In this document: one piece after another, positions 16,319-25,777 of the stretch
How positions within the stretch are numbered: position 1 is the stretch's first letter
Layout of the letters: each line of letters opens with the position of its first letter
Assembly (NCBI GenBank): GCA_035500235.1
Contig: DATJXK010000310.1
Span: 4,136-68,135 of the forward strand
DNA length: 64,000 nucleotides
Direction of reading: 5' to 3'
From: Pseudomonadales bacterium
GTDB lineage: Bacteria; Verrucomicrobiota; Verrucomicrobiia; Limisphaerales; UBA11358
Notes under the pieces: generated by a model
Told to the model about the DNA's origin: nothing
Databases searched by the model: none
What the model saw: only the letters and a program-made list of their open reading frames with translations
Made by a program: the position numbers and the translations under genes

Positions 16319-18790
16319 ATGCGTCATAATTCAGAACGGAACACGGCACTTTCATTATTCCGAACAAGTTTTTGGCTGTTGGCAGCGATAGCCGGGATAT
16401 TCTTATCAGTGCATTCCGCAATGGCAGGCACCTGGACCCAGTTGAATAACCGCGCTCCGGATTTTATTGATACGATGCTCTTGTTGCCGGACGGAACGGT
16501 CATGGCCACCGCCGGAAATAATGGCAGCGGCAGCGGCTGGTATCGTTTAACCCCTGATTCCCACGGAAGTTATATCAACGGCACCTGGACGACCCTCGCT
16601 GCCATGAATTACACGCGGCTTTATTTTTCCTCGCAAGTGCTCACCAACGGCCAGGTATTTGTCGCCGGCGGTGAATATGCGCCCGATTTATTTTCCGGCC
16701 CGGGCACAACTAATGCGGAAATTTATAACCCACAGCTCAACACCTGGACTGTTTTGCCTAACACCCCCGGCTTAAATTCATTTTATGATTCATGTTCCGA
16801 AATACTGCCCAGCGGCAATGTGCTGGTGGCCCCGGTAACGCCTGCCAATTACGGCGAAACCTTAATTTGGAACACCGCCGGCCAGAATTGGTCCATTGGA
16901 CCAACGTTATATCGAGGCGACGACCAGGATGAAGCTTCGTGGGTGAAACTACCCGACAACAGCATTTTGACGATTGACCCCTTTGGCACGGACTCCGAAC
17001 GTTTCATTCCCTCACTTAACCAGTGGGTCAACGACTCGACCGTGCCAGTAAGTATTTATGACGTCACCAACGGTGAAATGGGACCGGCATTTTTGTTACC
17101 CAATGGCAAAGCTCTCTTTGTAGGCGGAACAGGCAACACCGCGTTATATACTCCTTCCGGCAATACGAACTCAGGAACATGGACAGCCGGGCCTGTTCTT
17201 CCCAATTCCATGGTCACTGCCGATGCGCCCGGAGCCATGGAAGTGAATGGGAAAGTTCTCTTTACTTTGACGCAAACGATTTTCGGCAATCCCACCTATT
17301 TTTATGAATATGATCCGGTGGCTAATTCATTCACCGAGGTCAACGGGCCGTCTGGACAAACCTTTAACGAAGTTTCATATGCCATGCGCATGCTGGATTT
17401 GCCGGATGGCACGGTGCTGCTCTCAACCAGCAGCTCGCGACTTTATGTTTACCAGCCAGGCGGCACTCCCCTGTCCGCCGGCCAGCCCGTCATTAATAAC
17501 CTTAGCACAAATGGCGACGGCTCCTATCACCTGACCGGTACTCTCTTTAACGGCATTTCCGAAGGCGCCGCCTACGGGGATGACGCCCAGATGGCCAGCA
17601 ATTATCCTCTGGTGCGGATGACGAATTCTGTCACGGGCGTAGTTTATTATGCGCGCACAATTAACTGGAGCAGCACCAGCGTCATGACCAGCAACAACAT
17701 CGTCAGCACCGATTTTGTGCTGCCGAACAACTTTCCCCAGGGAGTGTATTCGCTCGTAGTGACCGCCAATGGCAATGCCTCAGCTCCGATGACGTTTGTT
17801 TATTCCCCTGATACCCTGCAAATTTCCAGTACCAACCTTGCGTTCACAGGACCTACCGGCGGTCCGTTCACGCCGTCTTCCAACAGCCTGACACTGACCA
17901 ATCTTGGCCCATCAAGCTTGAATTGGACGGTCGGCCCCATCGCCTCATGGTTAAGCCTTTCGCGGACAAATGGCGTGCTGGCCTCGGGCGGTTCGACCAT
18001 CGTAACTGCCAGTTTAAATTCCAGCGCCACCAACCTCGCCGACGGCATCTACACCAATACGCTTCTATTTACGAATGTGAGCGACCAGGTAGTCCAGAGC
18101 CGGGCAATTACCTTGCAAATTATTGCGCCGCAACTGCAACTGGTCCAAAACGGTGGTTTTGAAACCGGCAATTTCACAGGTTGGAATTTGAACGGGGATG
18201 GGGGCACTTTTAATTTTGTAGGCAACAGCAGCGACTACCCCGAATTTTCGCCTCACTCAGGAACGTATGCCGCGTATATGGGAGAGGTTGGCTTGAATGC
18301 TTACCTGTTCCAAACGCTCACGACCATCCCCGGGCAACAGTATTTATTTTCAAGCTGGGTCAATAGCCCGGACGGCGTCACTCCCAACGAATGCAGCATT
18401 GCCTGGAACGGCACGACGCTTTTTGACGAGGTTAACATGCCGGTGACCGGCTGGACTAACTTAACCTTCATGGTCACAGCCACCGGGACCAGTACGGTGA
18501 TTCAATTTGGTTTCCGGGACGACGATTCCTACCTGGGCCTGGATGACGTTAGCGTCATGGCGGTACAGCCGTTGTCCTTTAAATCCGTGTCCAACGCCGG
18601 CAGTTCAATCAACCTGACCTGGAGCGCAACCTCGGGCATGATTTATCAGTTGCAATACTCGACTAATTTGACTGCCGGAAACTGGCTGAACCTGGGCAAT
18701 CCCATTACGGCCACCAACAGCACCGTCACCACCACTGACTCAAGCCTGTCGAGCCCGCAACGCTTTTACCGGGTAATGTTGGTGCCGTGA
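16319..18790 (+). CDS. Secreted multidomain protein: Kelch-like beta-propeller, galactose-oxidase-type Ig-like (E-set) domain, BACON-like Ig domain, NGGFE jelly-roll, C-terminal '...FYRV' module
   Basis: Signal peptide FWLLAAIAGIFLSVHSAMA. Repeated ..G.V.V.GG.. / W blades. LPNNFPQGVYSLVVTANGNASAPMTFVY resembles the C-terminal domain of galactose/glyoxal oxidases. The jelly-roll domain has LVQNGGFETGNFTGW. The tail is YQLQYSTNL..W....QRFYRV. The ATG at 16319 has a Shine-Dalgarno sequence. Confidence 0.75.
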   Translation: MRHNSERNTALSLFRTSFWLLAAIAGIFLSVHSAMAGTWTQLNNRAPDFIDTMLLLPDGTVMATAGNNGSGSGWYRLTPDSHGSYINGTWTTLAAMNYTRLYFSSQVLTNGQVFVAGGEYAPDLFSGPGTTNAEIYNPQLNTWTVLPNTPGLNSFYDSCSEILPSGNVLVAPVTPANYGETLIWNTAGQNWSIGPTLYRGDDQDEASWVKLPDNSILTIDPFGTDSERFIPSLNQWVNDSTVPVSIYDVTNGEMGPAFLLPNGKALFVGGTGNTALYTPSGNTNSGTWTAGPVLPNSMVTADAPGAMEVNGKVLFTLTQTIFGNPTYFYEYDPVANSFTEVNGPSGQTFNEVSYAMRMLDLPDGTVLLSTSSSRLYVYQPGGTPLSAGQPVINNLSTNGDGSYHLTGTLFNGISEGAAYGDDAQMASNYPLVRMTNSVTGVVYYARTINWSSTSVMTSNNIVSTDFVLPNNFPQGVYSLVVTANGNASAPMTFVYSPDTLQISSTNLAFTGPTGGPFTPSSNSLTLTNLGPSSLNWTVGPIASWLSLSRTNGVLASGGSTIVTASLNSSATNLADGIYTNTLLFTNVSDQVVQSRAITLQIIAPQLQLVQNGGFETGNFTGWNLNGDGGTFNFVGNSSDYPEFSPHSGTYAAYMGEVGLNAYLFQTLTTIPGQQYLFSSWVNSPDGVTPNECSIAWNGTTLFDEVNMPVTGWTNLTFMVTATGTSTVIQFGFRDDDSYLGLDDVSVMAVQPLSFKSVSNAGSSINLTWSATSGMIYQLQYSTNLTAGNWLNLGNPITATNSTVTTTDSSLSSPQRFYRVMLVP

Positions 18791-18848
18791 CCGGCGAATT
18801 TCTGCGACCATTAAAACGTGCCTTCAAAATCTACTGGTTGCGCTGGCA

Positions 18849-20756
18849 ATGACGGGACTGGGATTGACGGGCCTTCTTTCCTGTCAGGGCGCCGATAATG
18901 ATTTTTTAAACGGGTCGGCCAATATCGGGGAGCGGCTTTTTTTAGAAACGCGGTTTGCGGAGTTTTTTTTCACCAATTCGGGAGGCAATGCCAATGCCCT
19001 ATTGACCAATGGCGATTCGGTAGTCAGCAATGAAGCCAGCATTTATGGGCCTTTGCCTGGTCCTTTTTCTGGTTATTCGATGAATTGCCGGCAATGCCAC
19101 ACAGTGGAAGAAGAGGAGAACAACAATGATATCCTTCCCTCTTTCGATACCGGCAACCGGACGTATTGCGATTTCGCCCAGCGCAGCCCGATTCCCGATA
19201 TCGGCGATGGCCACCTGGTCACGACGCGCAATGCGATGCCGCTCGTGGATGCTTTGCTCCCCCGCTCCACTCCTTTATTCCTGCATTTCGACGGTCAATT
19301 CGCCACGCCACAGGATTTGGTGGTAGGCACTTTGACCGGGCGAAATTTCGGCTGGCAGCCGTGGCAATATGAAACGGCCATCCATCACATCGCCCATATC
19401 ATTCGGGGCGACAACGGCAGTGGCGGCCTGGCACAACAATACGGCGGCTATTCCTACACGGTGGCGTTTGAAGGGCTGGCGGGCATACCTTTCCAATATT
19501 TGATCTCCCCTAAATATCGCATGAACGTGTCTGTCACTGATACCAATAGCCCGAACTATGTGAGCGACTATCAAATCGTCCAAAACGTCGCCGCTTTGAT
19601 GCAGGCCTACTTGAGCACGCTGGTTTTTTCCCAGGACACGAATGGCCTGTTTAACGGATCGCCATATGACGCCTTTCTGATTAAGAACGGCCTGCCGCGA
19701 CAGCCAAACCTGAACGAAACCCCCATCCATTACAGCCAGCGTTTGTTGCAACTCATCAACAGCCTGACCAATACGCAATATGTCACTGACCCGGCGGACG
19801 GCAGTTTCATGACACAAAACCAGCTTTTCCAGTTTGGCACCAACGAGCTGGCGGGGTTGAAGATTTTCTTTTCACTTTCAAACAGCATCGTTGCGGGAAC
19901 AGAAATTGGGAATTGTGTGGCCTGCCATGCACCGCCTGCTTTCAGTGATTTCATATTTCATAATACCGGCACCGCGCAGGAGGAATACGATTCTATTTTT
20001 GGGAATGGAGCCTTCACTGCGTTATCCGTGCCTTCCCTGGCACAACGGCAAACGAATTACAACGCCTGGCTTCCCCCAACGACCAATCATCCTTATGCCC
20101 TGGGAACATTCGAAACACCGCCATCAACCGGCAATCCGGGGTTCGTTGACCTTGGCCTTTGGAATGTTTTTGCGAACACTGATTTTCCCGCTCCCCAGCC
20201 CGGATTGCAACAGATCGCCCCGCAATTGATACCCGGCGGCCTGTCACCTCCACAAATCAGCGCCACAATAAATGGAAAATCTCTCACTTTGAGTGGCACC
20301 AATGGCAGTCCCGGCTGGACTTGCTACGTTTTAACTTCGACAAATCTAACGCTGCCATTAAGCCAATGGCAGATTGCCGCCACCAACACGCTGGACGGGT
20401 CGGGCGATTTTAGTTGGCCGGATAGTGTGAACCCTGGACTGGCGGGAAAATTTTATCGGGTATCGCTCGATACGACGGCTTCCGTGCTGCCCTACACGAT
20501 CGGGCTTTTCAAAACACCTACCGTTCGGGATCTCGCCAGCTCCGAACCTTACTTCCACACCGGCCGCATGGATACCATTGAAGACGTCGTTAATTTTTAC
20601 GCAAACTTCTCGATCAAAGCCCGGGCCGGTCTCGTGAGAAATGGCGACCCAAGGCTGTCCGGCATTTTAATCGATACCAATGCAGTAGTTCCCGTGGCGG
20701 CGTTTCTGCGGTCGTTGAACGAGGATTACGTGGACATTCCCTGTCCGTGCCTTTAA
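18849..20756 (+). CDS. Di-haem cytochrome c peroxidase-like protein with extra inserted domains
   Basis: Two CxxCH motifs (MNCRQCH and GNCVACH) and a C-terminal CCP-like block FKTPTVRDLASSEPYFHTGRMDTIEDVVNFY. At 635 aa it is much longer than a classical CCP. The upstream frame stays open and encodes signal-like residues, so the true start may be non-canonical. Confidence 0.7.
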   Translation: MTGLGLTGLLSCQGADNDFLNGSANIGERLFLETRFAEFFFTNSGGNANALLTNGDSVVSNEASIYGPLPGPFSGYSMNCRQCHTVEEEENNNDILPSFDTGNRTYCDFAQRSPIPDIGDGHLVTTRNAMPLVDALLPRSTPLFLHFDGQFATPQDLVVGTLTGRNFGWQPWQYETAIHHIAHIIRGDNGSGGLAQQYGGYSYTVAFEGLAGIPFQYLISPKYRMNVSVTDTNSPNYVSDYQIVQNVAALMQAYLSTLVFSQDTNGLFNGSPYDAFLIKNGLPRQPNLNETPIHYSQRLLQLINSLTNTQYVTDPADGSFMTQNQLFQFGTNELAGLKIFFSLSNSIVAGTEIGNCVACHAPPAFSDFIFHNTGTAQEEYDSIFGNGAFTALSVPSLAQRQTNYNAWLPPTTNHPYALGTFETPPSTGNPGFVDLGLWNVFANTDFPAPQPGLQQIAPQLIPGGLSPPQISATINGKSLTLSGTNGSPGWTCYVLTSTNLTLPLSQWQIAATNTLDGSGDFSWPDSVNPGLAGKFYRVSLDTTASVLPYTIGLFKTPTVRDLASSEPYFHTGRMDTIEDVVNFYANFSIKARAGLVRNGDPRLSGILIDTNAVVPVAAFLRSLNEDYVDIPCPCL

Positions 20757-20762
20757 CAAAAT

Positions 20763-21233
20763 TTAAAGGCCAAGTTCAGCAAGCCCCGGATGCGTGTCCG
20801 GACGGCGGCCCAATGGCCAGTGATATTTTCGTTCGTTCTCGCAGATTGGCAAATCATTGATGCTGGCAATCCGGCGGCGCATGTAACCGTGCCCGTCAAA
20901 CTCCCAATTTTCGTTTCCATAGGAGCGAAACCAGTTGCCGGAATCATCATGCCATTCATAAGCAAACCGGACGGCGATGCGGTTTTCCTGGAAGGTCCAA
21001 AGCTCTTTAATCAGGCGGTAATCCAGTTCCCGGTTCCATTTGCGCGTCAAAAACTGGACGATAGCTTCGCGCCCGGCCAGGAACTCTGAACGATTGCGCC
21101 AGGCGCTGTCCACCGTGTAAGCGAGCGCCACTTTCTGCGGATCACGCGAATTCCAGGCGTCTTCCGCCAGGCGAACTTTTTGGGCGGCGGTTTGCGCGTC
21201 AAACGGAGGCAATGGTGGCCTTGGGGTTTCCAT
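20763..21233 (-). CDS. DUF1348 / SnoaL-like (NTF2-fold) protein
   Basis: [69 protein letters not shown] matches my recollection of DUF1348. Confidence 0.7.
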   Translation of the reverse strand: METPRPPLPPFDAQTAAQKVRLAEDAWNSRDPQKVALAYTVDSAWRNRSEFLAGREAIVQFLTRKWNRELDYRLIKELWTFQENRIAVRFAYEWHDDSGNWFRSYGNENWEFDGHGYMRRRIASINDLPICENERKYHWPLGRRPDTHPGLAELGL

Positions 21234-21244
21234 AGGAATGCAGT

Positions 21245-24200
21245 TTACTCATCTCCATTACCGTTGCCGTTGCCATTAGATTCCCCCTTGCGCGGCCAGC
21301 GCGATTGCCGTTCCGGCAGCGTCGCATCCACCTTGGCATAATATGTTCCCTCGCCGAACTGCGTGTCGGCGTCATGCTGCAATTTCATGGAGGGCGTCAC
21401 GGAATAACGCTCGTTGGCTTCCATGAAATAGATTTGGCCCGCCGGCTGCATAAAGCACAAAAATAGCGGGCATTTGCCAGGATGCGCCACCACCAGGTCG
21501 CGCACGGATTCCAGTTGCGCCGGCTGCAAATGTGCGGACTGCAACCGCAAATGGACCTGTTTCGTGAATTTCTTCGGCGCATCCTCCAGCGCCATTATTT
21601 CCTGTGGGAAAATTTTCGGGCGCTCATCGCCCACGTTGACTTCGCCGGTCACGAGAATGGCTTTGTTTACCTGGAACAGGGCGCGGAACTTCTCATAATT
21701 CTCATTCATGCAAAGCAACTGCACGGTGCCCTCTAAATCTTCGAGGGTAACCATGGAGTATGGCTTGCCGGACTTTTTGGAAATGCCGTTTTGCACGGCG
21801 GCAATCAATCCGCCGATGCGCGTCATGCTGCGATTGGGCAATTCCGCGAGCTGGCGCGTATTGGCCAGCGCGTATTTTTTCAAAAGCGGAACGTACGGCG
21901 TCAAGGGATGGCCGGTCACATAAAACCCGAGCAGTTCCTTTTCATAAGCCAGCAACTCGTGCTGTGGCCATTCGGGCAGGCCCTTTTCCACTTCAACTTT
22001 GGAGTCCGCTTTTTCTTCCAGCGTACCGAAGAGAGAGCTTTGCCCTTTTTGCTTGTCGGATTGGATGCCCGCCGCGCGCGCCAGCACGCGGTCAATTTGC
22101 GAAAACATTGTCGCGCGGGTTTGGCCGAAACAATCACACGCACCGCATTTGATGAGCGCTTCCAGTGCCCGGCGGTTGACAGTGCGCCCTTCCACCCGCT
22201 CGCATAAATCGGAGAGCGATTTGAATTTCCCGTTCTCGTTGCGCTCTTTCAAAAGAGCGTGGACGGCCACTTCCCCGACGTTTTTGATGGCCGCCATGCC
22301 GAAACGAATGTTGCGCTTGCCATTCATTTCCGGACTGCCGCCCGCGGGCTCAAAATAAACACCGCTCTCATTCACGTCCGGCTGCAGCACTTCGATGCCA
22401 AACTCGTGCGCTTCATCAATGTACCGGCTCAATTTCTCCGTGTCGGCCATGTCGTTCGTCATCATGGCGCAGAAAAACTCGACCGGGAAATTCGCCTTCA
22501 GGTAGGCGGTCTGGTACGCCACGATGGCATAGGCGGCGGCGTGCGATTTATTGAAGCCGTAACCGGCGAATTTTTCGAGCAAATCGAAAATCTGGTTCGC
22601 CTTGGCGGCGGAAATTTTATTCTTCTCAGCGCAGCCCTTGACGAATTTCTCGCGCTGCTTCTGCATTTCCTCAACCTTCTTTTTACCCATCGCGCGCCGC
22701 AAAATGTCTGCCGCTCCGAGGGTGTAACCAGCCAGCGCCTGCGCCGCCTGCATCACCTGTTCCTGATAAATCAAAATGCCGTAAGTCTCGCTGGAAATCG
22801 GCTCCAGCAACGGATGATCGTACTCGATTTTCACCTCGCCATGACGCCGTTTGATAAATTCCGGAATCAGGTCCATCGGGCCGGGGCGATACAATGCCAC
22901 CAGCGCCGTGATATGTTCCACGGAACCGATCTGGAATTTGCGGCACAAATCGCGCATGCCGCCTGATTCCAATTGGAAGATGCCCAATGTTTCCGCACGG
23001 TTCAGCAAGTCGTACGTTTTCTTGTCGTCCAGCGGCAAATGATCAATGTCAATGTCAGCGCCCTGCGTACGCTTGGCCATTTCGCACGCGTTGCGAATGA
23101 CTGTCAGGGTTTTTAATCCCAGGAAATCCATTTTGAGCAGCCCAAGATCGCCCACGGGATTCATCGCATATTGCGTGACCAGCGTGCCATCCTCGTCCTG
23201 TTTGAGCGGCAACAGGTTCACGAGCGGCTGGTCGCCGATGACTACGCCCGCGGCATGGACGCTCGAGTTGCGCGTCAAATCTTCAAGAATGAGCGCGGTA
23301 TCAATCAGCTCACGCGTGACTTCCTCGGTGTCGTAGGCGGTTTTGAGTTCCGGCGATTGCTTGAGCGCTTTTTCCAGCGTCATTTTCAAATCGTTCGGAA
23401 TCATTTTCGCCAGCCGGTCGCCATCGCCATAGCTCAGGCCCATCACGCGTGAGACGTCGCGCACGACGCTCTTCGCGCCCAAGGTGCCGAACGTGATGAT
23501 TTGCGCCACGGCATCGTGCCCGTATCTCTCGCGCACATATTTGATGACGTCAGCGCGACGGTCGTCCGCAAAATCAATGTCGATATCCGGTGGATTGACA
23601 CGCTCAGGATTAAGGAAGCGCTCGAACAGCAGGCCATAGCGAATCGGGTCAACGTTCGCGATCTCAAGAAGGTAAGTGACCAGCGAACCGGCGGCGCTTC
23701 CGCGCGCCACGCAGGAGATGCCGTGCTCGCGCCCGTAACGCACAAAATCACCGACGATCAGGAAGTAACTCAGGAAGCCGGTTTTCTCGATGACCTTGAG
23801 TTCCAGGTCCAGCCGGTCAAGGACGTGTTTAACCGCTTCTTCTTCGGAACCCTGGAACGTCGGCAACTGCTTCGGGTCGTCCACTTTCTCAACGATAAAT
23901 TTATCGCCTTCCGCGCGCGTATGCATGCCATAGCGTTTCAGGAGGCCGTCGGCGAGCAGCTTGCGCAAATAACCTTCGCGCGTGAAATGCTCCGGCGGAT
24001 CGAAGACGGGAAAATGCAAGTTCTTGCCGTCCACTTGCAATTCGATATTGCACATGGCCGCGACTTCCACGGTGTTGGTGACCGCTTCCGGCGCTTCGGA
24101 AAAACGCGCCTTCATTTCCTCGGCCGAACGCAGATAAAATTGTTCCGGAGCATAGCCGGCGCTCATGCGCTTGGGATTGCTCAGCAAATCCTGCGTGCCG

Positions 24201-24883
24201 ATGCAAACCAGGCAATCGTGCGCGTGCGAATCCCCCTTCCGGATGTAATGGACATCGTTCGTCGCCACGAGTTTGAGGCCGAATTCCTTCGACCAATGGA
24301 TCAAATGGCGGTTGACCTTCGCCTGCTCCGGGATGCCGTGGTTTTGCAATTCCAGATAAAAATTTTCCGCGCCGAGCGTTTGCTTGAACCAATCCACCGT
24401 ATCGCGCGCCTTATCAATCTGGTCTTTCAGAATGAGATCGGGAATTTCACTGGCCAGGCAGCCGGACATGGCTATGAGGCCGTCCTTGTGCGCCGCGAGT
24501 ATTTCTTTATCAATGCGCGGCTTGTAATAATAGCCTTTCAGGTGCGCGTCCGTGACGAGCTTGATAAGGTTCTTGTAACCGGTTTCGTCCTTCGCCAGCA
24601 GGCCCAGGTGATGGTAAACATCGCGCCCGCCCGTGCCGGTTTTCTTATCCAGTCGCGAACCGGGCGCCACGTAAACTTCGCAGCCAATGATAGGTTTGAT
24701 GCCCTTTTCTCGGGCAGCTTTATAAAAATCAATTGCGCCGTAAAGCGCGCCGTGGTCGGTAATCGCCAGTGCGGGAAAGTTCAGTTCATGCGCCTTGTCC
24801 ATCAGACGGTCCAAACGGCAGGCGCCATCGAGCAATGAAAACTCGGTGTGCAAATGAAGATGAACAAAGTCCGCATGCGACAT
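21245..24883 (-). CDS. dnaE: DNA polymerase III alpha subunit
   Basis: PHP domain ([16 protein letters not shown]), polymerase core ([32 protein letters not shown]), OB fold and C-terminal region. 1212 aa. Confidence 0.95.
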   Translation of the reverse strand: MSHADFVHLHLHTEFSLLDGACRLDRLMDKAHELNFPALAITDHGALYGAIDFYKAAREKGIKPIIGCEVYVAPGSRLDKKTGTGGRDVYHHLGLLAKDETGYKNLIKLVTDAHLKGYYYKPRIDKEILAAHKDGLIAMSGCLASEIPDLILKDQIDKARDTVDWFKQTLGAENFYLELQNHGIPEQAKVNRHLIHWSKEFGLKLVATNDVHYIRKGDSHAHDCLVCIGTQDLLSNPKRMSAGYAPEQFYLRSAEEMKARFSEAPEAVTNTVEVAAMCNIELQVDGKNLHFPVFDPPEHFTREGYLRKLLADGLLKRYGMHTRAEGDKFIVEKVDDPKQLPTFQGSEEEAVKHVLDRLDLELKVIEKTGFLSYFLIVGDFVRYGREHGISCVARGSAAGSLVTYLLEIANVDPIRYGLLFERFLNPERVNPPDIDIDFADDRRADVIKYVRERYGHDAVAQIITFGTLGAKSVVRDVSRVMGLSYGDGDRLAKMIPNDLKMTLEKALKQSPELKTAYDTEEVTRELIDTALILEDLTRNSSVHAAGVVIGDQPLVNLLPLKQDEDGTLVTQYAMNPVGDLGLLKMDFLGLKTLTVIRNACEMAKRTQGADIDIDHLPLDDKKTYDLLNRAETLGIFQLESGGMRDLCRKFQIGSVEHITALVALYRPGPMDLIPEFIKRRHGEVKIEYDHPLLEPISSETYGILIYQEQVMQAAQALAGYTLGAADILRRAMGKKKVEEMQKQREKFVKGCAEKNKISAAKANQIFDLLEKFAGYGFNKSHAAAYAIVAYQTAYLKANFPVEFFCAMMTNDMADTEKLSRYIDEAHEFGIEVLQPDVNESGVYFEPAGGSPEMNGKRNIRFGMAAIKNVGEVAVHALLKERNENGKFKSLSDLCERVEGRTVNRRALEALIKCGACDCFGQTRATMFSQIDRVLARAAGIQSDKQKGQSSLFGTLEEKADSKVEVEKGLPEWPQHELLAYEKELLGFYVTGHPLTPYVPLLKKYALANTRQLAELPNRSMTRIGGLIAAVQNGISKKSGKPYSMVTLEDLEGTVQLLCMNENYEKFRALFQVNKAILVTGEVNVGDERPKIFPQEIMALEDAPKKFTKQVHLRLQSAHLQPAQLESVRDLVVAHPGKCPLFLCFMQPAGQIYFMEANERYSVTPSMKLQHDADTQFGEGTYYAKVDATLPERQSRWPRKGESNGNGNGNGDE

Positions 24884-24950
24884 AACTATAATTTAACTCC
24901 TTATCACGACAACACCAAGAAACAAGTTCAAGTCCTTGGCTGCACATTTT

Positions 24951-24983
24951 GCTTTTTCATTTTTAATTTTTCATTTTTAATTT
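24951..24983 (+). repeat. AT-rich motif gctttttcatttttaatttttcatttttaattt, copy 1, 38 nt upstream of the LOG start
   Basis: It shares 22 identical nt (30 nt with 1 mismatch) with 51741-51770. Internally it is a tandem 14-mer, ttttcatttttaat x2. Confidence 0.7.
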
Positions 24984-24988
24984 GCTGC

Positions 24989-25669
24989 ATGAACAATTCC
25001 GACTACTTCATTCACGAAGATCCCTGGCGCATTTTCCGGATTATGGCCGAGTTCGTGGATTCGTTCCAAACGATGTCTCAAGCCGGCCCGGCGGTGACCA
25101 TTTTCGGTTCCGCGCGGGTGAAACCCTCCGATAAATATTATCATGCCGCCGAGGCCATCGGCAAAGGTCTGGCCAAGCATAAGCTCGCCGTCATCACCGG
25201 CGGCGGCCCGGGCATCATGGAGGCCGCCAACAAAGGCGCCATGAAAAGCGGTGGAAAATCCGTGGGCCTGAACATCGAACTGCCCCACGAGCAATCCGGT
25301 AATCGCTATTCCAATGTTCCGATTCATTTTCATTATTTCTTTGCGCGCAAGGTTTGTTTCGTCAAATACAGCCTCGGCTTTATTTTCATGCCCGGCGGGT
25401 TTGGGACGCTCGACGAATTCTTTGAAGTAATCACCCTGGTCCAAACCGAACGCATCCCGCATTTTCCCCTCATTCTCTACGGCAAGGAATATTGGACCGG
25501 CCTCTTAAAATGGGCAAAAGCCGAAATGCGCGACAAACACGGCTTTATTGGCCCCAACGACCTGGACCTCGTCACCATCGTGGACAAGCCGCAAGAGGCC
25601 ATAGATTGCATTTTGGATTATGAACGCCGCGCCGGCCCGCCCGCTGCTCTGCCACAGGCGTTTGCATGA
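24989..25669 (+). CDS. LOG-family (TIGR00730) cytokinin riboside 5'-monophosphate phosphoribohydrolase-like protein
   Basis: VTIFGSAR, ITGGGPGIMEAANKGA and PGGFGTLDEFFE motifs. The ATG at 24989 is preferred; the ORF-track extension from 24848 overlaps the dnaE start region. Confidence 0.85.
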   Translation: MNNSDYFIHEDPWRIFRIMAEFVDSFQTMSQAGPAVTIFGSARVKPSDKYYHAAEAIGKGLAKHKLAVITGGGPGIMEAANKGAMKSGGKSVGLNIELPHEQSGNRYSNVPIHFHYFFARKVCFVKYSLGFIFMPGGFGTLDEFFEVITLVQTERIPHFPLILYGKEYWTGLLKWAKAEMRDKHGFIGPNDLDLVTIVDKPQEAIDCILDYERRAGPPAALPQAFA

Positions 25670-25777
25670 TTGAACCTAATTGCCTTTAAACACGTCTAAT
25701 ATGCAGGTTGTTCGGCTTGACATGCCCCGCAACAGAGTTGACGTTATGGTGTTGGATATAAGAGAAAGAGTGAAGTT

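Noticed and set aside
21248-21280. (Asn-Gly)4 repeat at the DnaE C-terminus, and the Gly-Gln repeat tail of the RND adaptor (43821-43875)
   Set aside because: These are short low-complexity tails generated by simple codon repeats. Nothing suggests a function beyond a flexible linker or tail.
23501-24838. 445-aa plus-strand ORF inside dnaE, with several shorter ones at 21474-23452
   Set aside because: It lies antisense to a full-length DnaE. The sequence is low-complexity and R/A/V-rich, with no start-site context.
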